From Candidatus Daviesbacteria bacterium RIFCSPHIGHO2_02_FULL_43_12 (GTDB lineage: Bacteria; Patescibacteriota; Microgenomatia; Daviesbacterales; UBA10151): DNA of 64,000 bases. This document shows, in pieces, positions 18,661 through 28,174 of this stretch. The first letter of the stretch is position 1. Each line of letters begins with the position of its first letter. Both the position numbers and the translations under genes were made by a program. The notes under the pieces were generated by a model. The model was not told the DNA's origin and ran no database searches. It saw nothing but the letters and a program-made list of their open reading frames with translations. Location: the NCBI GenBank assembly GCA_001776775.1, contig MFDD01000002.1:37746-101745 (forward strand). The letters run 5' to 3'.

Positions 18661-18750
18661 TTAAGGCATAGCTCCTTGCGCTACCAAGACAGCTGCCGTC
18701 AGAAAACCAAAGACCAATGTAACTACAGCCGCTAAGCTTCTTTTTAACAT
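18661..18750 (-). CDS. Putative 29-aa hydrophobic peptide MLKRSLAAVVTLVFGFLTAAVLVAQGAMP
   Basis: Below the ORF-track cut-off; SD-like GGAAGGGTGGTGA just upstream of ATG. Confidence 0.55.
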   Translation of the reverse strand: MLKRSLAAVVTLVFGFLTAAVLVAQGAMP

Positions 18751-18951
18751 ATCTCACCACCCTTCCCTAAATTCTGTAGATAAGTACCTACTGGCTAGTA
18801 TAGCTTTATATCTTCTGAATAGAATCAATATTTGGTAAGAATCATAAATGGAAAATTATTGGTTGTGGCCTATTGTAGAAATGATATATAATTCCTATAA
18901 GGACTCTTATTCCATATCATCCTTGGAGGGTCCTTTATTTTTGCAACAATC

Positions 18952-19401
18952 ATGACTAACTTCGAGAAAGTATCAATTAAAGCAACCAATTGGATCGGCA
19001 CGACAGGATCTATTGTTGTGCATAGTATCCTCTTTGTAGGAATATTCTCTTTACAACTACTTGGATTCCATTTTGATACTATCCTGCTGATTTTAACAAC
19101 TGCTGTATCTTTAGAGGCTATTTATTTGGCTATTTTTATTCAAATGACTGTTAATCGGAACACCCAAAGCTTAGAGGGCGTGGAAGACGACATCGAAGAG
19201 ATCCAAGAGGACTTTAAAGATTTAGAGGACGATGTTGAGGATATCTCTGAAGATATCGACAAGATACAAGAGAGCGATGAGGTAGAAGAAGCTGAGGAGT
19301 TGCTGACCAAACGAACTATTACCAACCTTGAGCAAGATTTGCAGAGACTAACCAAAGATATTGAATCGTTAAAGAAACAAAAAGCCCCCAAACTATTATG
19401 A
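18952..19401 (+). CDS. DUF1003-like membrane protein with acidic coiled coil
   Basis: WIGTTGS, LTTAVSLEAIYLAIFIQMTVNR. Confidence 0.8.
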   Translation: MTNFEKVSIKATNWIGTTGSIVVHSILFVGIFSLQLLGFHFDTILLILTTAVSLEAIYLAIFIQMTVNRNTQSLEGVEDDIEEIQEDFKDLEDDVEDISEDIDKIQESDEVEEAEELLTKRTITNLEQDLQRLTKDIESLKKQKAPKLL

Positions 19402-19428
19402 ACAAGGCCAATCTCCTAATTTTTAGGA

Positions 19429-20106
19429 ATGTTTAAACAAAAAAGAGTTATTATTTCCCTCACGGTAGCTGTGGCCCTTTTTGCTTTTTTTGTATCATTT
19501 TCAAAGCTGGTGAACAGAGATCTTTTTCCACAAATTGATTTTGATATTACCGTTAAACTCCAGGATAAACTTCCCCATCTTGTAGACTTTCCTTTTACTA
19601 TCCTCTCTCTTTTGGGCAACCCAGAGCCAACTGTTATTTTTTGGTTTTTGATGGTACTTTTCTTTGCTGTGAGGCGCCGTTGGATTGTATCGATCGGGTT
19701 GTTGGGGTTATTTCCGCTTTCGTTATTTATTGAAATATATGGAAAAACTTTTGTTTACCACCCTGCACCTCCCCAATTTATGTACCGCGGATTGTTCGAC
19801 TTTTCTCTTTCTAAATACTACGTCCATACAGAATTTTCGTATCCTTCTGGTCATGTAACCAGGATCAGCTTCTTTGTGGCTTTTTTTGTGGTTTATTTAC
19901 TGCATACTATCAAAAACCCTATCAAGAAGGTTGTTTCTGCTGGCATTCTCATGCTTTTTTTGATCTTGATGCTAGTCTCCCGAGTATATTTAGCAGAGCA
20001 TTGGACAACAGACGTTATTGGAGGACTACTACTAGGTTCTTCGTTTGGAATAGTGGCGGGTGTGCCTGCTCTATTTAGAAATTCAAGGACAGAAATTACT
20101 ACTTAA
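19429..20106 (+). CDS. PAP2 family membrane phosphatase
   Basis: KTFVYHPAP, SYPSGH, SRVYLAEHWTTDVIGG. Confidence 0.92.
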   Translation: MFKQKRVIISLTVAVALFAFFVSFSKLVNRDLFPQIDFDITVKLQDKLPHLVDFPFTILSLLGNPEPTVIFWFLMVLFFAVRRRWIVSIGLLGLFPLSLFIEIYGKTFVYHPAPPQFMYRGLFDFSLSKYYVHTEFSYPSGHVTRISFFVAFFVVYLLHTIKNPIKKVVSAGILMLFLILMLVSRVYLAEHWTTDVIGGLLLGSSFGIVAGVPALFRNSRTEITT

Positions 20107-20122
20107 CTTTTCGGTCTAATTA

Positions 20123-21565
20123 ATGCACAATAAACCTGTGAACTCCCTTAACTTGATTCTCTTTGGTATCACCAGTAACCTGGCTCAAAAATATTTACTG
20201 CAAGCCCTCTATGACCTGGCAGAAAAAGAGTTGCTTCCAGACGGTCTTAAAATATTGGGGATAGCCAGGACTCCCATGACCAAAAAAGAGATCCGAAACT
20301 TTTTAATTGCAGTACTGCAAGCAGAAAACAAACACCACCAACATGAGATAAAGCAGACAGTGGTTGATAATTTAGCTAAGAAACTTTTTTATATTGACGG
20401 ACATATAGAGGATCCAAACCTTTATGTAAAAATTAAACAGTTTATTGGAAACGAAAATCCAGCTGGTGATATTATCTATTATTTAGCAACTTACCCTGAG
20501 CTTTATGAAACGATTTTTGAAAACCTCAAAAGCGAGCAACTAAACAAGCAAAAAAATGGTTGGGTTAGGCTGATGATCGAGAAGCCAATTGGTAATAATC
20601 TTGACTCTGCAAGAAAAATAAATAAATCTTTACTTAAATATTTTCAAGAGAGTCAAATATACCGACTAGATCATTATTTAGGAAAAGAGACCCTGCAAAA
20701 TATTTTGACCTTTAGATTTGGAAATAATATATTTGAGAATTTAGTCAACAAAGACTTTGTTGACCACATCCAAATCTCTTTACTCGAAGATTTTGGGGTA
20801 GGTAAACGGGGTGGTTATTATGATTTAGTCGGAGCATTAAAGGATGTGGGGCAAAATCATCTTCTACAAATGCTCGCCTTAGCAACTATGGATAAACCCC
20901 AGGAATTTAGCAATAAAGAGATTACCCATAATCGGGCAAAGGTTTTGAAAGATTTAGTTCCCTCGCCTAACCAAATTATCTATGGCCAATATGCAGGATA
21001 TAGATCTGAAAAAAATATCCCTCCGGATTCTCGTACAGACACATTTTTTGCTTTTAAAACCGAGCTTCGAAATAAGAGATTTAAGGGGGTGCCTATTTAT
21101 ATACGGTCTGGCAAAAAACTTAAACAAACGGTAACAGAAGTTTCGATTGTATTTAAAAAGCCCGCTAACTCTCTTTTCTCACCTATCGGGACAAGCATTC
21201 CGAATGTCTTAATTTACAGGGTTCAACCAAACGAGGGGATTGTTCTAAAAATCAATACCAAGAAACCGGGGCAAACTCAGAAATTAGAAGAAACGTATAT
21301 GCAATTTTGCTACCGGGATTACGAAACTGCCTTACCCGATCCTTATGAAAAATTAATTTTGGACGTGATGAAAGGAGACCAGACTTTTTTTAATGATGCC
21401 AAGGAGATAGAAGCATCCTGGAAGTTCATAGATCCTTTAGTTGGTGTGAGCAAAGATCTCTATATCTATGAACCTGGATCGTACGGACCAAAAGAGGCAG
21501 ATGACTTGATCAAAGCTGATGGTCGAGAGTGGTTAGAGCCGTCCAACTTATTCTGTAAGATATAA
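20123..21565 (+). CDS. zwf: Glucose-6-phosphate 1-dehydrogenase
   Basis: IEKPIG, RLDHYLGKE, DVGQNHLLQ, PYEKLI. Confidence 0.96.
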   Translation: MHNKPVNSLNLILFGITSNLAQKYLLQALYDLAEKELLPDGLKILGIARTPMTKKEIRNFLIAVLQAENKHHQHEIKQTVVDNLAKKLFYIDGHIEDPNLYVKIKQFIGNENPAGDIIYYLATYPELYETIFENLKSEQLNKQKNGWVRLMIEKPIGNNLDSARKINKSLLKYFQESQIYRLDHYLGKETLQNILTFRFGNNIFENLVNKDFVDHIQISLLEDFGVGKRGGYYDLVGALKDVGQNHLLQMLALATMDKPQEFSNKEITHNRAKVLKDLVPSPNQIIYGQYAGYRSEKNIPPDSRTDTFFAFKTELRNKRFKGVPIYIRSGKKLKQTVTEVSIVFKKPANSLFSPIGTSIPNVLIYRVQPNEGIVLKINTKKPGQTQKLEETYMQFCYRDYETALPDPYEKLILDVMKGDQTFFNDAKEIEASWKFIDPLVGVSKDLYIYEPGSYGPKEADDLIKADGREWLEPSNLFCKI

Positions 21566-21569
21566 AATT

Positions 21570-21625
21570 GGATTCATGATATAGGATTTATGATTCGTAA
21601 ATCATATTTCTTGAATCGTGAATCA
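21570..21625. repeat. Palindromic heptamer array filling the zwf/gnd convergent gap
   Basis: ggattca tgatata ggattta tgattcg | taaatca tatttct tgaatcg tgaatca; same family as 12834-12889. Confidence 0.8.
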
Positions 21626-22558
21626 TTATTTCTTAACGGAGTGGTGGCCAAATTGTCCACGAAGAGCAGAAACTGCCTTATTTCTAAATCCATTAGGAGA
21701 ATCTTCTCTGTCGTTGCCAGAACTCTCCCTGATTCTAATGGCATCCTCAATGACGGGAGTATCTATCTCGAGCTCCTTAGCAGCCTCGACTGTCCAGTCG
21801 GCCTCTCCTAGAATCCTCTGCTCTCCCCCACCTCCGGAGCCAATTTTCGAAGAAATGTTATCCAGATTTGGATCATCTTGAAAGGAGTTTTGCATCCATT
21901 CTACGAGTCTGGAGGTAATCACCGATTGGTGATTATAGATATCCATAACTTTTGCCAGATCAAAACCAAATGAACTATTTTTCAGGACAGCGACACCTTC
22001 AGCCAGAGCTTCCATCATTCCGTATTCAATACCGTTATGTACCATCTTGGCAAAATGCCCCGCTCCAACTGGGCCTAAGTGTTTAAATGCTTGGTCTGCG
22101 GCCAAAAGTTTAGCTAGAGGCTCAAAGCGTAGATAGTCCTCGTCCGAACCGCCAATCATCAAACAAGCTCCCGTTCGGGCACCCCCCGGACCTCCGGAAG
22201 TGCCACAATCCATAAAGTGGATCCGTGAAGACTTTAGATCCTGACTGCGACGAATAGTATCTTTGTAAAAAGAGTTAGCACAATCGACAATCAGATCATC
22301 TGCCGATAAATGGGGTCTTAGCTCGTTAATAAACTCGTCTGTTACTTCTCCAGCCGGAAGCATCAGTAGGATCATCCGAGGAGGCTCTAGTTTACTAACC
22401 AGATCTTTAATTGTTTCCGCCGGGATGGCTCCCGCTCCGGCAACTTCCTCGACTGGTTCGGGAGAGCGGTTCCAGGCCACAACTTCTACTCCCTGTTCAA
22501 GAGCATTTAAAACCATGGCTTTACCCATCTTGCCCAGGCCAATGAAACCAATTTTCAT
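21626..22558 (-). CDS. gnd: 6-phosphogluconate dehydrogenase (short, decarboxylating type)
   Basis: GLGKMG, GTSGG, KMVHNGIEYGMM, LRGQFGHH. Confidence 0.95.
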   Translation of the reverse strand: MKIGFIGLGKMGKAMVLNALEQGVEVVAWNRSPEPVEEVAGAGAIPAETIKDLVSKLEPPRMILLMLPAGEVTDEFINELRPHLSADDLIVDCANSFYKDTIRRSQDLKSSRIHFMDCGTSGGPGGARTGACLMIGGSDEDYLRFEPLAKLLAADQAFKHLGPVGAGHFAKMVHNGIEYGMMEALAEGVAVLKNSSFGFDLAKVMDIYNHQSVITSRLVEWMQNSFQDDPNLDNISSKIGSGGGGEQRILGEADWTVEAAKELEIDTPVIEDAIRIRESSGNDREDSPNGFRNKAVSALRGQFGHHSVKK

Positions 22559-22573
22559 TAGATCTAATATTAG

Positions 22574-22608
22574 AACAACTAGTAACTAGTGGCAAGTAAC
22601 AAGTTAAG
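22574..22608. repeat. Heptamer array AGTAACW-type
   Basis: aacaact agtaact agtggca agtaaca agttaag. Confidence 0.6.
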
Positions 22609-22612
22609 AGGT

Positions 22613-23341
22613 TTAGAGTCTGATGACACGGGAGCTGGCGGTAGTTTGCTTGAGCCAATCATTAAAAGCTGTAGTAGTTTTTTGTCTTTTAAGAGTATCC
22701 GCAATACTCTGTTTTAGCTTAGCGCTTTCCGAGCTTTGGGGATCAGTAATCTGAGGAAGCTGCTCCTTGTTGGTTTCCATATAAGCGGCGACTTCGTCAT
22801 CCGAAATTGTGATATCCTTGCCAAACATTTTCTCGATTAGGATTTGGTATTTAAGCTGCTTTTGAAAGTCGTCGATAGTCATACCTTGAAATTGGAGTAA
22901 CTGAGATAACTTGTCCATACCACCCTGTTCGGCGGCGATTTTATCTAACTCTATTTTGACATCAGCATCGCTAGCGTAAACATTTCTTTTACGGGCTTCG
23001 CTTATAATCAGAGTTTGACCAATCAAACGATCTGTGGCATCCTTACCGTAACGCGCTTCTAAATCACGATCAAGTTGAATGCGGGTGATCGGAATGCGGT
23101 CAACCCAGGCAATCACTAAAAACCTATATCCAAAAAAAAGAGCAAGTCCGACACCAGCTATTCCTACCAAAACAAACAGCTTCTGTTTAGTCGAATAACT
23201 GTTGAATAAATTTATAGTTTTATCTACTAGGCTTGGGCTAGTAAGAGGAGAGTTTTTTCTTTTGGACTTAGCTCGAGCAGTTTGGGTAACTGCTAACTTT
23301 TTTCCTATTTTAGATGTTTTTGAACCAACTTTTCGTGCCAT
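22613..23341 (-). CDS. SurA-N/PrsA-like membrane-anchored chaperone
   Basis: IAWVDRIPIT, LIISEARKRNV, ITISDDEVAAY; no PPIase domain. Confidence 0.8.
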   Translation of the reverse strand: MARKVGSKTSKIGKKLAVTQTARAKSKRKNSPLTSPSLVDKTINLFNSYSTKQKLFVLVGIAGVGLALFFGYRFLVIAWVDRIPITRIQLDRDLEARYGKDATDRLIGQTLIISEARKRNVYASDADVKIELDKIAAEQGGMDKLSQLLQFQGMTIDDFQKQLKYQILIEKMFGKDITISDDEVAAYMETNKEQLPQITDPQSSESAKLKQSIADTLKRQKTTTAFNDWLKQTTASSRVIRL

Positions 23342-23403
23342 AGTATATTTACTTAGGATAACTTTCTGATCTTATCATCTAGTACAGTCTGGGGCAAGGG
23401 GTT

Positions 23404-23438
23404 AGTTTAGAGTATATGGTATATAGTATATGGTAAGT
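23404..23438. repeat. Heptamer array RGTATAT
   Basis: agtttag agtatat ggtatat agtatat ggtaagt. Confidence 0.75.
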
Positions 23439-23458
23439 TGTGGATTTAGTACAAAATT

Positions 23459-23791
23459 ATGTGGCTTATTAATTTAACTAAGAAAACTACAGTTACTACA
23501 GACGCCAAAGAAGCATTGGGTTTTTGGGATAGGATGCTTGGACTATTGAATAATAAAAATCCCAGGTCGCTTATTTTTTATACCCGCTTTGGAATCCATA
23601 CTTTTGGATTGGATCAACCTCTTGATGTATTAGTGCTTGATAAAGGGTTTCGGGTGGTCCAACTCAAGGAAAACTTAAAACCAAACCGACTTTTCTTTTG
23701 GAATCCTAGATATTTGATGGTCGTTGAACTGCCAATTAACTCTATCCGGCTATCAAAAACTAGCCTGGGAAACCAACTAAAGGTAGAATAA
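23459..23791 (+). CDS. DUF192 family protein
   Basis: FWDRMLGLL, GIHTFG, PLDVLVLD, VVELP. Confidence 0.85.
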   Translation: MWLINLTKKTTVTTDAKEALGFWDRMLGLLNNKNPRSLIFYTRFGIHTFGLDQPLDVLVLDKGFRVVQLKENLKPNRLFFWNPRYLMVVELPINSIRLSKTSLGNQLKVE

Positions 23792-23826
23792 GCACCCTCG
23801 TCTTTGGTAGAATAGCAGAGTTAAAT

Positions 23827-23898
23827 GCCCCCGTAGGCTAACGGATAGACCACGACGCTTCGGACGTCGTTGTGCGGGTTCGATTCCTGCCGGGGGCA
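23827..23898 (+). tRNA. tRNA-Arg(TCG)
   Basis: GCCCCCG/CGGGGGC, CGACG-CTTCGGA-CGTCG, GCGGG-TTCGATT-CCTGC. Confidence 0.95.
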
Positions 23899-23908
23899 CA
23901 GATAAATC

Positions 23909-25162
23909 ATGGAGAAAAAAGATAATTCTTCAACTGGAGTTCGTCGTAGAACTCTTCTGGCCAAAACTGCACAGGCAGGAGGCGGATTACTAGCTAATCC
24001 TCGGATGGATTTTTTATCGAGCAGCATTACCCCAGAAGTAAACTTAAAAACAAATCAAATTGAAGTGGTCGGGCTGGATAAACCACTTTCTGAACAAGGC
24101 CTATTAACTTATATAAAAACTGTAAATGAAAAGCCTGCAGAAATGCTGGAAAATATGGTTTACGGAAGCATATTTGTTTCAAAAAAAGCCTATGAAGACT
24201 TTTCTAAAAATTTGGGAGAAACATTTGAATTATTTATACAAAGACACTCAACAGCCATGAATCACCTCCTTAAACAGGCAAATCCTCCCACCACCGACTT
24301 TACCATGCGCAGAATTGTTATTTTAGAAGACAAGGTAGCACCTCCTTATTCCGGTCACCAAAACTGGGCACAAAAGGGTATGAAAGACTCAGATGGTGCT
24401 TGGTTTTTTGGGGAGGCTTATAATCCGCGTTCAACAGCCTACTTTAGAAAGGAAGATAGTATTGATTTAGGGTTGTTGCATGAATGGGGACATACAATCC
24501 TACATTTAAATGATCAGTATAAACTAGATTACAACAATGCCGACTCCACATCCATAGATAGGATAGTTACTCAGCTACCCGCCTCTTGGAGAAAATATAT
24601 TGGATCATACAGAAACGATATGCTGGATTTAATGGCATCGACTAGTCCTCAATTTAATAGATTTACTGCCTTACAGCTCGAGAGAAGAAGAAAAAGAGGC
24701 TCCCATGATGTTTTGCCAAATATAGTTGATGAAAATGGTTGGCAACATGAGTTACCTCAGCAGGTAGGATTAAAGCTACTTCATGAAGGAAGAGAAATTA
24801 AGGTCAAAAATCTATCAGTATATGTAACTCAAGCACGAACGATCGGACCTGCGAGACAAAAAAATATTCCAGAAAAAGCTATTTTTGAAAATGATTCAGC
24901 ATTTCTTTATCCGCAGTCTTTTTTTATTCGGAGAGAATATGGGGTATACAGTGACGAAGCTACTGTGCTAATGCTGATAAGAGATGAGCATAATCAGAGA
25001 TACTTTCGTTGGATGGATATCAGGGATTTTAACATACCTTTTTGGCAGGGATTAGATAAACTGCAAGCCACATTAAACGTGGTATCTCAAGATGCAACAG
25101 AACCTCCAAATCCGGCAAACTTTGACTGGACAATTCAATACGAAGCGCAAGTAATAAAATAA
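23909..25162 (+). CDS. Putative zinc metallopeptidase (HExxH) with twin-arginine-like N-terminus
   Basis: LLHEWGHTILHLNDQY, downstream DLM Met-turn-like motif, VRRRTLL. Confidence 0.6.
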   Translation: MEKKDNSSTGVRRRTLLAKTAQAGGGLLANPRMDFLSSSITPEVNLKTNQIEVVGLDKPLSEQGLLTYIKTVNEKPAEMLENMVYGSIFVSKKAYEDFSKNLGETFELFIQRHSTAMNHLLKQANPPTTDFTMRRIVILEDKVAPPYSGHQNWAQKGMKDSDGAWFFGEAYNPRSTAYFRKEDSIDLGLLHEWGHTILHLNDQYKLDYNNADSTSIDRIVTQLPASWRKYIGSYRNDMLDLMASTSPQFNRFTALQLERRRKRGSHDVLPNIVDENGWQHELPQQVGLKLLHEGREIKVKNLSVYVTQARTIGPARQKNIPEKAIFENDSAFLYPQSFFIRREYGVYSDEATVLMLIRDEHNQRYFRWMDIRDFNIPFWQGLDKLQATLNVVSQDATEPPNPANFDWTIQYEAQVIK

Positions 25163-25178
25163 AGATAGGTACACATTT

Positions 25179-26036
25179 TTAATGATAGGGCTTAGTTAAA
25201 GAGTATCCTCTGATCTCTGGTCTGTTGACCTGATGAATATATAAATACATCTCCATCCCATTTGGCAATCTGACTTTTTTATCCCCCAATATTTTTCTTA
25301 ATCTAGATATTGCTACACTGACAGACTCCTTTGATGTCGAAAAGATACTTGCTAATTCGCCGCGAGAAAATATTCCGGTTGGACTTAGCTGAAGTATCTC
25401 AAGAATACAGGACTCAAAATGATCTACCTTAAAAAATTCATTTTTATGTGGTGGCGAAACCAAATTCCTTTTGGGGATGGATAATAGCTCTCCATGCGCA
25501 GTAGGGGTTTTAAGTACGCGAGGCAAGTCCTCACCAGGAGGTAATTGCAGGATTAAGGCTAGCTGCTCCTGGGATAAATGGGGCAATAAGGTAAAACCTC
25601 TTCTGGGAACCGAACATATAACGCGGGCCTCCTTTTTGCCTTCTTTGTCTAAACCCTCGGGTCTTAACTTTCTATTGATATGAGAGATCGCCTGATCAAT
25701 TGCAGTCAGTCTATTGCTATAAGTTAAAAAAGATGGGTGATCCTGGATCTCGTCAACGCTATAGACCTGGAATGGACTGCAGATAAACATCTCCAGCAAC
25801 AAGCCTTCTATCGTACCAAGCGATACCTTGATAGGTCGGCGTCTTCGGTGGCTGAGATTAGCCCTTCTGATGGTGGGATCATAGGAGAGCACACCTCTTG
25901 GCCCTAGGTCACAAAAGTATGTCAGAGAAAGAGGGAGGAAGCCGTCTCCTGAAACCTGACTAGGTACTTTTTCAGACCAATAAGGGCTGCCTGGAAATCG
26001 GCTAGTTTCACTTGCATTAGGCATGATCGGCATCAT
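25179..26036 (-). CDS. Protein with two OmpR/PhoB-type winged-helix domains, no receiver
   Basis: IDQAISHINRKL..CSVPRRGF and VSVAISRLRKIL..YIHQV..RGY. Confidence 0.65.
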   Translation of the reverse strand: MMPIMPNASETSRFPGSPYWSEKVPSQVSGDGFLPLSLTYFCDLGPRGVLSYDPTIRRANLSHRRRRPIKVSLGTIEGLLLEMFICSPFQVYSVDEIQDHPSFLTYSNRLTAIDQAISHINRKLRPEGLDKEGKKEARVICSVPRRGFTLLPHLSQEQLALILQLPPGEDLPRVLKTPTAHGELLSIPKRNLVSPPHKNEFFKVDHFESCILEILQLSPTGIFSRGELASIFSTSKESVSVAISRLRKILGDKKVRLPNGMEMYLYIHQVNRPEIRGYSLTKPYH

Positions 26037-26075
26037 ACACTAAGCCATATTAAACTGAAATAGGTATGAAGGGAA

Positions 26076-26516
26076 TTATTCATTCTGTTTCAACCATATA
26101 AAGACGGTTAGGGTGTATGTTAGAAGTAAGATGGCTTCGAAATAGAGGTTAAGGTTATAAGCAGGAATCCAGACTCGAAGAGCAGGAGAGATATTAAAAA
26201 TCAAAGAGTAATTAGTCACGGAGCTTAACCAAATCTCTAGTAAGGCGTGTAGGGCTGCCCAAATTGCAGTTAATTTGATAACCCTTTGGTATTTATTGAT
26301 ATCCTGGGAAAGTTCAAAGCATAAGATTGCTAAAAGTGCCGAAAACGATCCGAAGAGAATTCCAATTAAACTGCCGTAAGCCCTGGCTGAATCGACCCAT
26401 ATCCCACCTACTTCGGACAGCCGAATATTAGAAAGTTGGATTATCCCCAAGAGTCCAAAAAAGCAGACTCCAATAACCAGTTCAATCTTCAAGAGTTTGG
26501 CTATATTTAGTTTCAT
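26076..26516 (-). CDS. Four-TM membrane protein
   Basis: Hydrophobic ORF; the longer start would run into the tRNA-Lys promoter. Confidence 0.7.
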   Translation of the reverse strand: MKLNIAKLLKIELVIGVCFFGLLGIIQLSNIRLSEVGGIWVDSARAYGSLIGILFGSFSALLAILCFELSQDINKYQRVIKLTAIWAALHALLEIWLSSVTNYSLIFNISPALRVWIPAYNLNLYFEAILLLTYTLTVFIWLKQNE

Positions 26517-26627
26517 ATTGTTTAAACTTACAATGATTATAGCAAGATCAGACACTAAGATAATACCAGAGAGTAGTAGCTTTTTTCTTTCGATCTTAAA
26601 AGGTATAATTCTCAAAGATAAAATAAT

Positions 26628-26699
26628 GGGCCGGTAGCTCAGCGGTAGAGCAGGAGCCTCTTAAGTTCTTGGTCGTGGGTTCAAATCCCACCCGGCTCA
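26628..26699 (+). tRNA. tRNA-Lys(CTT)
   Basis: GGGCCGG/CCGGCTC, loop CTCTTAA, GTGGG-TTCAAAT-CCCAC; TATAAT at 26604-09. Confidence 0.95.
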
Positions 26700-26701
26700 C
26701 A

Positions 26702-27079
26702 CTATACTAAATCTTTGCGGAGGTAGATTAGGGAGTTGCCAACAGGATGATCTACCAGTTCGCCATACTGAACGTAGCCTAGCTTCTTATAAAACTCGGG
26801 AGCTTGCCAAGTGAAGGTGTTGGTGTAGGCAATCTTACAACCTCTCTTAATAGCTTCCGCTTCCACTTGTTCCATAAGCTTGGTTCCCCAATCTTGTCCC
26901 CGCAGAGATTGATCGACCCAGATAGACTGAATCTCCACGCCGTTCCATTCAAAAGCCACTATCACCCCACCCCAAACCTTGCCCTTGGACTGGTGATAGG
27001 ACAACATCCCCTGGCGCAAGGCCTCTTTGTCCTCAGGATTCGGCTCACCAGTTGATGGTATAAGTTTAAAATCACTCAT
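26702..27079 (-). CDS. GNAT acetyltransferase (possible internal deletion)
   Basis: IWVDQSLRGQDWGTKLM, TFTWQAPEFYKKLGY. Confidence 0.85.
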   Translation of the reverse strand: MSDFKLIPSTGEPNPEDKEALRQGMLSYHQSKGKVWGGVIVAFEWNGVEIQSIWVDQSLRGQDWGTKLMEQVEAEAIKRGCKIAYTNTFTWQAPEFYKKLGYVQYGELVDHPVGNSLIYLRKDLV

Positions 27080-27104
27080 GGATAGATTATATCAACATTA
27101 CCGA

Positions 27105-28142
27105 TTAAAAAGAGACGAGTGAGGAAGCAGGAGAGAGACTAAGCTTACTGTTAACGCCCCTCTTAAACTTCAAAAACTCTAAGAGAGTCCTAATTTGGTC
27201 CACAGCCTGAGCTTTTCTTTTAGCATCAAATTCACCATTACCGGTCTCTAAATCCTTTTGCCCCTGACCGTGTAGATAGGGGATATCGACCGATGTCACC
27301 TTCAAGCCTGCCCAAAGAGCTGAGGCTACTGGTAACTGAAGGCCATTTGACCAACGCTCTGGATCAATGTTTCGATCCTTAGGGTCATTGATGTCAGGAG
27401 TATAAACCCATCGAGCCAGAAAATGCTCAGCTGCACTTCGCGAAAACGATCTTTGGCCATTAAAAAAGTCCATTTTACGAGGGGTATATATTGGCAAGTC
27501 ATCTGAACCCCGACCAAGCAAACCTTCCTTTATAAGAATCGACTCCATAGCTTTTCCAGCCCTAGTCTCAAAAACCATTTGAACTGTGGGTAATGAGGCC
27601 ATACCTATAGCATTACGATTTGCTATAACTACATCATATGGAGGGATCATTCGTCCGTCTGGAGCCGGGTAGCTATTAAGTATTGGAGCAGCCATGACTA
27701 AGTGTCCATTAAATTCTACTGTTTCCGGTTTATTGGCTTCGATCCAAGTAACCACTTGGACATCTCGATTACCTAAGAGTACCTTATAAGCAACTCTACG
27801 ATCGGCGGCCATGGTACTACGAACCCCAGGCTCTGGGTGAACTATGGTGGCTCCAGTATCTGTAAGCATATGCTGAAATTCCACTGAGCTACCGCCATCA
27901 GTTACCACTACCGGATGCCCCATTTTAACAGCAGTGCTGAAAAGTTGCTCTGCAGCAAGTCCTCGATGATTATCGATAACGCCTGTACCTTTCGACAGAT
28001 CAAATCCCGGAAAAAACGTAATGGAAGCAACTCCCACACTACGAGGATCAATTCGATCCGTTAGGCCAGCAATGCGGTCGGCTTGACGAACCGTGAAACC
28101 TCTGTCGATAATACCTTGCTTTAAGTCCTGATCTGCAGTCAT
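27105..28142 (-). CDS. Hypothetical protein, GT-A-like fold
   Basis: PVVVTDGGSS, VTWIEANK, DVVIANR. Confidence 0.55.
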   Translation of the reverse strand: MTADQDLKQGIIDRGFTVRQADRIAGLTDRIDPRSVGVASITFFPGFDLSKGTGVIDNHRGLAAEQLFSTAVKMGHPVVVTDGGSSVEFQHMLTDTGATIVHPEPGVRSTMAADRRVAYKVLLGNRDVQVVTWIEANKPETVEFNGHLVMAAPILNSYPAPDGRMIPPYDVVIANRNAIGMASLPTVQMVFETRAGKAMESILIKEGLLGRGSDDLPIYTPRKMDFFNGQRSFSRSAAEHFLARWVYTPDINDPKDRNIDPERWSNGLQLPVASALWAGLKVTSVDIPYLHGQGQKDLETGNGEFDAKRKAQAVDQIRTLLEFLKFKRGVNSKLSLSPASSLVSF

Positions 28143-28174
28143 CAGGAGGAATATACATCTGTCTTCCCTGATTG

